IMG/VR virus record: IMGVR_UViG_3300020175_000009
Span: 1-57,315 of that record
Reading direction: 5' to 3' (one strand)
Source: a virus
Lineage: Duplodnaviria; Caudoviricetes
DNA length: 57,315 nt
The position numbers and the translations under genes are program-made. The notes under the pieces are model-generated. The model was not told the origin of the DNA. It did no database searches and saw nothing but the letters and a program-made list of their open reading frames with translations. Shown here piece after piece: positions 19,440-26,668 of the stretch. Numbering within the stretch: position 1 is the stretch's first letter; each line of letters begins with the position of its first letter.

Positions 19440-20044
19440 GTTAACCTATCCTCGATAAAATTAAATATTTCCTGATCAAATTTACCAAAAAACTTTTGGA
19501 AAGCATCAGCTTTTTTATTTTGATCTATATCGCTAGCCATGTCTTTTCTAAAATCGCTTGCACTCATACCACCTTGCATAAGAGGTGCCACATAAGCATA
19601 GATTGTTCCGTCACTATGAGGTGTTAGTTGTGACATATCACTTGGCAGTTTTTGTATACTGCCTCCGCCTAGTCTTCCAGCATCTTTTTCACCATAAACC
19701 AATATAGTAGCAGTGCTGTTGTTGTCTCTTCCCACAGTGGTAGGCTCACTACGGTATGGATTGCTGTTGACAATCTTATCTGCAGGTATACCAAACATTT
19801 TTGACATAATACTTTTCTTTTCATCGAATGTAAACGGATCCTCACTAAAGTCCCCAGCACTGTGTGCTTTTTGTGCTTTCTGACTGAATGTAGTAGCAAT
19901 GAATACGTTATCCGAGCCAAATTTATTGACTAGATGTTTGTATACATCACGGTGTCCTTGGTGCATAGGCTGAAACCGTCCACCATAGAACACTACAGCA
20001 TTGTCTACATTTTCTGTTATTTTTAAAATTTCACTAATAATCAT
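19436..20044 (-). CDS. Class I (HxGH) nucleotidyltransferase, cytidylyltransferase/NMNAT-like
   Basis: VFYGGRFQPMHQGH and C-terminal MSASDFR motifs. Confidence 0.82.
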   Translation of the reverse strand: MIISEILKITENVDNAVVFYGGRFQPMHQGHRDVYKHLVNKFGSDNVFIATTFSQKAQKAHSAGDFSEDPFTFDEKKSIMSKMFGIPADKIVNSNPYRSEPTTVGRDNNSTATILVYGEKDAGRLGGGSIQKLPSDMSQLTPHSDGTIYAYVAPLMQGGMSASDFRKDMASDIDQNKKADAFQKFFGKFDQEIFNFIEDRLT

Positions 20045-20060
20045 GGCTTATCTCCACTAG

Positions 20061-20068
20061 TATTTAGT
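20061..20068 (-). promoter_or_regulatory. Late promoter (ACTAAATA) for the baseplate operon
   Basis: TATTTAGT on the + strand, 16 nt upstream of the 20044 start; GGAG SD lies in between. Confidence 0.55.
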
Positions 20069-20083
20069 ATAAAAAGAAACCGG

Positions 20084-20112
20084 TTGACAGTCAAGTATAA
20101 ACACGCTAGAAT
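20084..20112 (+). promoter_or_regulatory. Host sigma70-type promoter for gp55-47-46
   Basis: TTGACA - 17 nt - TAGAAT. Confidence 0.75.
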
Positions 20113-20135
20113 GTATGAAACTAAGGAGTGTTCTG

Positions 20136-21023
20136 ATGGCGGCAAAAAATCATTATCTATCAAACAAAGAATTGTTGAAAGAAATTCATAATTCTAAAAT
20201 GAGTTATAGTTATGTAAAAGACGACAAGTACTTTTACTTTGACTTAATTGTTGAAGGTGACATAGAAATTACAAAAGATCATATTGATGAAGCGAGGCAG
20301 AATCGTGCATCACGTATGCAGAAACAAGCACATGAAGCTGAAGTAAAGCGTTGGGAACGTGGAGAGCTTGATCGTAAAACTAAACCCAGAGCTGCTGACT
20401 TTGTAGTTAGTATGGAATCTATTGCTGACGAAGACTTGGTTATTCGTGTAATGACATTTGACCATGTTCCTCTTGAAAAACGCAAAAACAACCCAAAAAC
20501 AGTGGCTGACAATCACAGTCGTTGCAACTTCCCCCCATTTAAACACATTGCACTTGTTGATGGTAAATGGGATGAAGTAGTTCGCAGTCATTGGGAAGGC
20601 GGGATTGGTAATGGTCAATTTAGCGTAGATCACGGAAAAACCAATGAAAGGCTTGCTAAAATGTATATGATGCTGTGTCACCGTTATAGTATGCGTGGCA
20701 ACTGGCGTGGTTATACATATGTTGATGAAATGCGTGGGCAAGCATTGCTACAGTTAACACAGATTGGTTTACAATTTAATGAATTGAAGTCACAAAATCC
20801 ATTTGCTTATTATACTGCGGCTATCAACAATAGCTTTACTCGTGTACTAAATTTAGAAAAACGTAGCCAAAACATTCGAGACGATTTACTAGAACAAGGC
20901 GGCCTAAACCCCTCTAGCACTAGAACATTTACAGCAGAATGGCAAGCGCAACAGGATCGAATTGCTATTGAAGATGAAAAACTAAGAAATAAAACTGAAA
21001 CAACTGAGCAAGACGGAGAATAA
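20136..21023 (+). CDS. gp55: Late-transcription sigma factor, gp55-like
   Basis: HYLSNKELL...NWRGYTYVDEM...FNELKSQNPFAYYT; upstream of gp47/gp46 as in T4. Start moved from 20115 to 20136 because the AAGGAG SD is at 20123-28 and 20115 is too close to the -10 box. Confidence 0.85.
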   Translation: MAAKNHYLSNKELLKEIHNSKMSYSYVKDDKYFYFDLIVEGDIEITKDHIDEARQNRASRMQKQAHEAEVKRWERGELDRKTKPRAADFVVSMESIADEDLVIRVMTFDHVPLEKRKNNPKTVADNHSRCNFPPFKHIALVDGKWDEVVRSHWEGGIGNGQFSVDHGKTNERLAKMYMMLCHRYSMRGNWRGYTYVDEMRGQALLQLTQIGLQFNELKSQNPFAYYTAAINNSFTRVLNLEKRSQNIRDDLLEQGGLNPSSTRTFTAEWQAQQDRIAIEDEKLRNKTETTEQDGE

Positions 21024-21025
21024 AA

Positions 21026-22051
21026 TTGTTATTTGATGAAGCTGTTATCTTTACCGATATACATTTCGGTATGAAAAATAACTCACGAGTACACAATACT
21101 GATTGTGAAGAATTCATTATTTGGATGATTGAAGAAGCACACAAGAGAAACATTAAAAAATGTTTGTTTTTGGGTGACTGGCATCACAATCGAGCCAGCA
21201 TTAATGTCAGTACAATGAATTATACCACAAGTAACTTGCAACGCTTAAATGATGCGTTTGATGAAGTTATTATGATCACTGGCAACCACGACCTGTATTA
21301 TCGTGAAAAGCGTGAGATTCATAGTATTCCAATGGTTGACAAGTATCCCAATATTCATATGATTAATGACGGTACTGAAATTATTGATGACTGTGCTTTC
21401 GTTCCATGGCTAGTAGAGGACGAACACAAGAAACTAAAAGAACTAAACGTAAAGTATATCTTTGGTCACTTTGAGCTTCCGCACTTCTTTATGAATGCTA
21501 TGGTACAAATGCCTGATCACGGGCACGGCTTACGTCCAGATGATTTAAACAAAGCTGACAAGGTGTTCAGTGGACACTTTCACAAACGGCAAACACGTGG
21601 TAACATCATTTATCCTGGAAATTGCTTTCCACATAACTATGCTGATGCATGGGATGATGAACGTGGTATCACATTCCTCAAATGGGGCCATGAGCCAGAG
21701 TTTGTAAACTGGACAGATGCACCAAAATATCGTACAATTAACTTATCTAAATTGATTGACAATCCTGAAGAAATATTGTCTAATAAGACACACTGTCGTA
21801 TTACACTTGACGTTGGCATCACATATGAAGAAGCTAACTTTATCAAGGAGACTTTTGCAGAACAGTATAATCTCCGTGAGATTACATTGTTGCCCAGCAA
21901 AAAAGAAGAACACACACAAGACTGGAACACTGGTGCTGAAATTGAAATTGAAAACGTAGATCAAATTGTTCTCAATCAATTGAATGCTATCGACAGTAAT
22001 ACAATTAGAAACGATTTGCTTATTAGCATTTATAATGGATTACATAATTAA
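21026..22051 (+). CDS. gp47: Recombination endonuclease subunit (Mre11/SbcD-like)
   Basis: DIHFG, GDWHH, GNHD, GHFE and SGHFH metallophosphoesterase motifs. Confidence 0.95.
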   Translation: MLFDEAVIFTDIHFGMKNNSRVHNTDCEEFIIWMIEEAHKRNIKKCLFLGDWHHNRASINVSTMNYTTSNLQRLNDAFDEVIMITGNHDLYYREKREIHSIPMVDKYPNIHMINDGTEIIDDCAFVPWLVEDEHKKLKELNVKYIFGHFELPHFFMNAMVQMPDHGHGLRPDDLNKADKVFSGHFHKRQTRGNIIYPGNCFPHNYADAWDDERGITFLKWGHEPEFVNWTDAPKYRTINLSKLIDNPEEILSNKTHCRITLDVGITYEEANFIKETFAEQYNLREITLLPSKKEEHTQDWNTGAEIEIENVDQIVLNQLNAIDSNTIRNDLLISIYNGLHN

Positions 22052-23829
22052 TGTCATTGAATATCAAAAATATCACTGTTAAAAACTTTATGAGTGTAGG
22101 TAATGTTACTCAAGCTGTACAGTTTGACACTGCCGGACTAACACTTGTACTGGGCAATAATATTGACTTGGGTGGCGATGGTTCACGTAATGGAACTGGT
22201 AAAACAACAATTGTCAATGCACTTAGCTTTGCCCTTTTTGGTAATGCACTATATAATATTAAAAAAGATAACCTAGTCAATAAGACAAACAACAAGCAAA
22301 TGGTTGTTACTGTTGACTTTGAAAAAGATGGCACAAACTATCGTATTGAACGTGGACGCAAGCCTAACTTATTTAAGTTTCTAGTTAACGATATTAACAA
22401 TATGGAAGGTGCAACTGACGAAATGCAAGGCGAAGGTAAACTGAGCCAAGTTGCTATTGAAAAAGTTTTGGGCATGAGTCACACAATGTTCAAACACATT
22501 GTTGCACTTAATACATATACTGAACCGTTTCTCAGTATGCGAGCAAATGATCAACGTGAGTTGATTGAACAACTTTTGGGTATTACTCAATTGTCTGAAA
22601 AAGCTGATATTCTGAAAGATCTTGTCAAACAAAGCAAAGACAGAATACAAGAAGAAACATATCGTATTCGTGCTACTGAAGAAGCTAACGAAAGAATTGG
22701 CAAGAGTATTACTGATTTAGAACGTCGCCAACGTGTCTGGCAGCAGAAGAAACAATCAAATATCGATGAATATAAGAAAGACTTACTTGCACTAGAACAT
22801 ATCGACATTGAAGAAGAACTACAAGCACATGTTGCGTTTGCTGAATTTAATGAAAATAAGTCTAAAATTGAAACAGCGCAGAGATGGATTAATAGTCTCA
22901 ATTCTGACGATAAGAAACAAGAAAAAGTTATCGCCAAACTTAATGATGAAATCAAGTTACTTAAAGAACACACTTGCTATGCTTGCGGTCAAGAAATGCA
23001 CGATGATAAACAAGAAAGTATCCTCTCTGCAAAAGAAGAACAAAAGCAAGAAGCTACCATGCAATTGCTTGCTAATAATACACAACTACAAGAACATGAA
23101 GCTGTTGTTGCAGAGATTGGTGAACTTGGTTCTGCACCTCACATTGAGTACAACACAGTACAAGAAGCATTTGAGCATCAGAATAAAATCCAACAAACTA
23201 ACAATAACTTAGAAAACGCCCAAAGCGAAACTGATCCGTATGCTGATCAGATTGATGCTCTAAAGAACACCGGGTTACAAGAACTTGATTGGACTGAAGT
23301 AAATAGACTAACTGAGCTCAAGGAGCACCAAGACTTTCTTCTTAAATTGCTAACTAATAAGGATAGCTTTATTCGTAAAAAGATTATTGAACAAAACTTA
23401 CAATTCATGAACAACCGTTTGGAATACTATATTACTAAACTTGGATTACCGCACGAAGTGCAATTCCAAAGCGATCTAAATGTAAGCATTGTTCAACTTG
23501 GTCAAGACTTAGATTTTGATAACCTGTCACGTGGAGAACGTAACAGACTTATCCTAGGACTTAGTTGGGCATTCCGTGATGTGTTTGAAAGTATGAACCA
23601 TCCTATTAACTTAGTTTGTATTGACGAGCTAGTTGACAGTGGTATGGATACAATTGGCGTTGAGAGCGCACTGGGCGTTCTCAAGAAAATGGAACGAGAA
23701 AGATATAAAAATATTTTGCTGATCTCACACCGAGATGAGCTTGTAGGAAGGGTAAATAACGTATTGCAAGTTACTAAAGAAAACGGCTTTACTACTTTCA
23801 ATACTGAAGTAGAAATCGTTGATGCCTAA
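22051..23829 (+). CDS. gp46: Recombination ATPase subunit (Rad50/SbcC-like)
   Basis: Walker A NGTGKTT, CYAC zinc hook in coiled coil, LSRGE signature, IDELVD Walker B, ISH. Confidence 0.95.
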   Translation: MSLNIKNITVKNFMSVGNVTQAVQFDTAGLTLVLGNNIDLGGDGSRNGTGKTTIVNALSFALFGNALYNIKKDNLVNKTNNKQMVVTVDFEKDGTNYRIERGRKPNLFKFLVNDINNMEGATDEMQGEGKLSQVAIEKVLGMSHTMFKHIVALNTYTEPFLSMRANDQRELIEQLLGITQLSEKADILKDLVKQSKDRIQEETYRIRATEEANERIGKSITDLERRQRVWQQKKQSNIDEYKKDLLALEHIDIEEELQAHVAFAEFNENKSKIETAQRWINSLNSDDKKQEKVIAKLNDEIKLLKEHTCYACGQEMHDDKQESILSAKEEQKQEATMQLLANNTQLQEHEAVVAEIGELGSAPHIEYNTVQEAFEHQNKIQQTNNNLENAQSETDPYADQIDALKNTGLQELDWTEVNRLTELKEHQDFLLKLLTNKDSFIRKKIIEQNLQFMNNRLEYYITKLGLPHEVQFQSDLNVSIVQLGQDLDFDNLSRGERNRLILGLSWAFRDVFESMNHPINLVCIDELVDSGMDTIGVESALGVLKKMERERYKNILLISHRDELVGRVNNVLQVTKENGFTTFNTEVEIVDA

Positions 23830-23986
23830 CTCAAAATGGATATATGAGCGGGATAATGAAAAAGTTTATCGCCGCAAATATGGACAACGTGACCGACACC
23901 TTATGTTGGGAGAATCTCACGAAGACGTGGGGATAGATATATGGCAATTACTCAAAAGAGTTATTGACGATAATGAAGAAGTGTAG
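23822..23986 (+). CDS. Small hypothetical protein (54 aa), below the ORF-track cutoff
   Basis: MPNSKWIYERDNEKVYRRKYGQRDRHLMLG...NEEV*. The start overlaps the gp46 3' end and the ORF fills the gap to the next gene. Confidence 0.65.
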   Translation: MPNSKWIYERDNEKVYRRKYGQRDRHLMLGESHEDVGIDIWQLLKRVIDDNEEV

Positions 23987-24012
23987 TATCGTAAGATATT
24001 ATAGGAAACAAT

Positions 24013-24465
24013 TTGTTACCTTGGACGTATAGCGGAGAGACAGTTACTGAGTTGCCGGAAGATTGCGCTGGCTTTGTATACTTAATCACGAATACACAAT
24101 CAGGCAGAATGTATATTGGGAAGAAACTAGCTAAGTTTTCCAAAACAAAATACAAGATGCACACACAAAAAAATGGCAAAAAAGTTAGAAAAAAAATTAA
24201 ATCAAAAATAGACTCAGACTGGAAAACATATTATGGCTCATCAAACGCACTAACAACAGATATTGAAACTTTAGGCACCGAAAACTTCACAAGAGAAATA
24301 TTATTTTATTGTAACAGCAAAGCAGAATGCAGTTACATTGAGGCACGAGAACAATTTACCAGAAAAGTACTAGAATCAGACGATTATTATAACGGACACA
24401 TACAGGTCCGTGTACATGGCTCACATATACTAACAGAACAGCTACAAAAAAACAAAAACTGCTAG
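24013..24465 (+). CDS. GIY-YIG family nuclease-like protein (Seg-like catalytic domain only)
   Basis: GFVYLITN...GRMYIGKK, YYGSS, conserved E (YIEAREQ) and YYN; TTG start after AGGA. Confidence 0.8.
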   Translation: MLPWTYSGETVTELPEDCAGFVYLITNTQSGRMYIGKKLAKFSKTKYKMHTQKNGKKVRKKIKSKIDSDWKTYYGSSNALTTDIETLGTENFTREILFYCNSKAECSYIEAREQFTRKVLESDDYYNGHIQVRVHGSHILTEQLQKNKNC

Positions 24466-24499
24466 AGACCATCTCAAAACTCCCTTAAAAACTGATCAT

Positions 24500-24910
24500 A
24501 AGGTTGGCACGCCAGATATTATCGTGCTGCGAATCCGTTCCTGATAGAGACGGTAAGCAATGGGCTATTCAGTTGTCCGATTCAATACACTACCCGGTTT
24601 AATCGCCGGATGCCTAAAAGACCTTGCCTATGCGAGAGTGCTTTTGTATTGTCTAAAAGGTTGTAACACAGAGATGTGTGAATAAAAGATCAAGCTCTCC
24701 TGACACTTGGAACTTGATGGACTGTTTTTAGCTGTCATATTGGCAAAAAACACTATAGTCTGTGCTACCAAGGCAGCATGTAATAGAGGTACAGCGTAAC
24801 CGCCTCCCCAATAATTGGTTTGTTAATATGATGTGTGTAATAATGACGGGAAATAACCAATCATTGTTTATTCATTACTAGGCCAAAACCAGGCTTAGTG
24901 TGAATAAACT
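24500..24910 (+). ncRNA. Candidate large structured non-coding RNA
   Basis: No ORF >=60 aa; about ten consecutive stems visible, including a GAGA (GNRA) tetraloop hairpin at 24666-24679 and several G-U pairs that work on the + strand. Family not recognised. Confidence 0.55.
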
Positions 24911-24918
24911 TCAAGGAA

Positions 24919-25094
24919 ATGATATAATAAATGAACGATTATATAATATGTTCATTATTTTTATATCATAATAATTTTTTCGAACTTTAATAATAAAGTA
25001 ATATATCGATTAAAGCGATAGCTTTAAGAAGATATAATGCTCGTAGAGCATTTGATAAGATTCATAAATATTGACAGTACAATTTACATTGTCA
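24919..25094. repeat. AT-rich cluster of inverted repeats (possible origin / unwinding element)
   Basis: ATGATATAA/TTATATCAT (24919-24969), ACTTTA/TAAAGT, TTAAAGC-GATA-GCTTTAA (25010-27), AATGCTC-GTA-GAGCATT (25036-52), TGACA/TGTCA (25072-94). Confidence 0.6.
25063..25070 (+). promoter_or_regulatory. Possible late promoter (CATAAATA)
   Basis: Motif match 43 nt upstream of 25114; a TTGACA follows immediately. Confidence 0.45.
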
Positions 25095-25113
25095 CAATTC
25101 TGAGTAGAAATAT

Positions 25114-25554
25114 ATGAACTTCAAAATATTCCAAGATAAATTTGTCGAGTGGATTATTCAAGACGTCGAAGCAAAAAAGATCGATGGTTTTCCTGTTTGT
25201 CCATTTGCACGTAAGGCAAGACTAACCAACAAGATACAATTTTTAGATTGTAGAGATAACTTAAAATCACAATATGAGTTGTTTGATAAGGAAACTTATG
25301 AGATCGCCATTGCTTGGGTTGATGGTCAAGACATAACTGATGTACAGGTTGTTCTTGACGAGTTATCAAAAGAAAATCCGGATCTATTGTACTTTACTAG
25401 TACTCCAGAGTCCGGACATTTTGTACAGAACTTTACTAATTGTGTTTTTATTCAGTTAAGAGCTGATATTATACAGAAGCGTGGTTTCTTGCACACTACA
25501 ACTTACTATGACAGTTGGCCAAAAGATTATTATGAGAATATTACAAAACTATAG
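25114..25554 (+). CDS. Hypothetical protein with PxCPFA motif (DUF1415-like)
   Basis: FPVCPFARKARL near the N-terminus; 146 aa. Confidence 0.65.
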   Translation: MNFKIFQDKFVEWIIQDVEAKKIDGFPVCPFARKARLTNKIQFLDCRDNLKSQYELFDKETYEIAIAWVDGQDITDVQVVLDELSKENPDLLYFTSTPESGHFVQNFTNCVFIQLRADIIQKRGFLHTTTYYDSWPKDYYENITKL

Positions 25555-25767
25555 GAATTGCTTTCCTGATTTTGAGTTTTCGTAATGATTTATTTTTTCC
25601 ACAAGCATTCGCAAGCTATCAACAGGCATAGACATTATGTCCTGATAGTTTAAGTTTAATCCACTATACATCAATAGATCCATATAATTGCTTTCAGTTT
25701 CTTCAAGCTGTTTATTATATCTATTGACGATTTTTTCTATCTCTTTCGGTTGACTAGTGGCGATCAA
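25549..25767 (-). CDS. gp51-like / tail chaperone 'T' segment, probably expressed as a -1 frameshift extension of the upstream gene
   Basis: LLMYSGLNLNYQDIMSMPVD resembles gp51/gpT-type segments. Only a TTG start with no clear SD, overlapping the upstream stop in the -1 frame. Confidence 0.65.
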   Translation of the reverse strand: MIATSQPKEIEKIVNRYNKQLEETESNYMDLLMYSGLNLNYQDIMSMPVDSLRMLVEKINHYENSKSGKQFL

Positions 25768-25782
25768 CCTACGAAAAAATTT
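25748..25782 (-). promoter_or_regulatory. Programmed -1 ribosomal frameshift signal (slippery heptamer plus 3' hairpin)
   Basis: mRNA A AAU UUU (overlapping U UUU UUC), 6-nt spacer, then hairpin GGUUGAU-CGCCACUA-GUCAACC. Confidence 0.7.
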
Positions 25783-26600
25783 GAGATGTCCAAATCAACA
25801 TCAGCTTCCCAAGTGTGTTGGCAACTTTGGCATGTTGTTTTAAATGTAGTATCAATACCACTGTCGCTCAAACCTTCAATTACTTTTTTGATTGATTCAT
25901 AATCATCTTTTGTAATAGACTTTAACCACTCGCGGATCATGTCTTTGTCGTCAATAACTTCGTCATCCGGCATCCTAACTGACATAACACAGTTAGTAAT
26001 TAAGTTGACCGTCAAATCAGCTAGTTCAACAAATGTTTGACCAAATATTTTTGCTTGCTGTTCTTCACTGTTGTCTTTTGATTGAAGAACGCCCTGTATC
26101 ATTTTTTGTTGCTTAACTTGTTGAATTTGCATAAGTGTTCTTTCACTTAATGTGTAAGGCTTTAATCTTACAACAAAGTCATTTTGCAATTTCAATTTAT
26201 TTGATACTTCAGTTGGGGTATGCCTCGCCATCAGTCTGTTTGCATCAACACTCATTGCGTTCATCTCACTGCATTTTTCACATGCGATATCAATATCAAT
26301 CTCTTTGCCATAACTTGCTTGTCTAATTCCAATCATTATCATTAATAGATCGTTAACTGGAATTTGGTTAGGGTCAGCAATATCAGGACAGCAACTTTTA
26401 ATCAAACTCACAGTCGCCTCTCCATTAAACAGTGCATCTGGAGATTTAGTAATAATTTCATCTCTAGCAGTCATACTATAAATTGCTAGCTCTCCGTCTA
26501 CACTAAGCTTCGGCTTTGGATCATAATATTCTCCACCACTGGGCAATGTGATGTACATTGCTGGTTTTCTGTAGGCCTTTATTAAAGGGTTGTCATTCAT
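25764..26600 (-). CDS. gp26: Baseplate hub assembly / tail assembly chaperone, gp26-like
   Basis: YITLPSGG...MTARDE...IRQASYG, CEKC and CQSC zinc pairs, C-terminal NFF. Start placed at ATG 26600 after the GGAGA SD. Confidence 0.75.
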   Translation of the reverse strand: MNDNPLIKAYRKPAMYITLPSGGEYYDPKPKLSVDGELAIYSMTARDEIITKSPDALFNGEATVSLIKSCCPDIADPNQIPVNDLLMIMIGIRQASYGKEIDIDIACEKCSEMNAMSVDANRLMARHTPTEVSNKLKLQNDFVVRLKPYTLSERTLMQIQQVKQQKMIQGVLQSKDNSEEQQAKIFGQTFVELADLTVNLITNCVMSVRMPDDEVIDDKDMIREWLKSITKDDYESIKKVIEGLSDSGIDTTFKTTCQSCQHTWEADVDLDISNFFVG

Positions 26601-26611
26601 GGTTTTCTCCA

Positions 26612-26619
26612 AATAAATA
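26612..26619 (+). promoter_or_regulatory. Late promoter (AATAAATA) for the tape-measure-like genes
   Basis: Motif match upstream of 26669. Confidence 0.55.
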
Positions 26620-26642
26620 CATTATATAATGCATCCTATTTG

Positions 26643-26650
26643 TATTTATC
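26643..26650 (-). promoter_or_regulatory. Late promoter (GATAAATA) for the gp26-like gene
   Basis: TATTTATC on the + strand upstream of the 26600 start. Confidence 0.55.
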
Positions 26651-26668
26651 CTATAAAGTGAGTAGTTA

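Noticed and set aside
20115-20135. Upstream start codons given by the ORF track (also 26612, 33073, 33503, 37396, 42033, 51971)
   Set aside because: In each case a clear SD lies just before a downstream ATG, so the shorter start was preferred.
24466-25113. tRNA, tmRNA, RNase P or group II intron in the non-coding gap
   Set aside because: I could not find a T-loop/cloverleaf, a tRNA-like CCA end, the RNase P GAGGAAAGUCC motif or a domain V hairpin.
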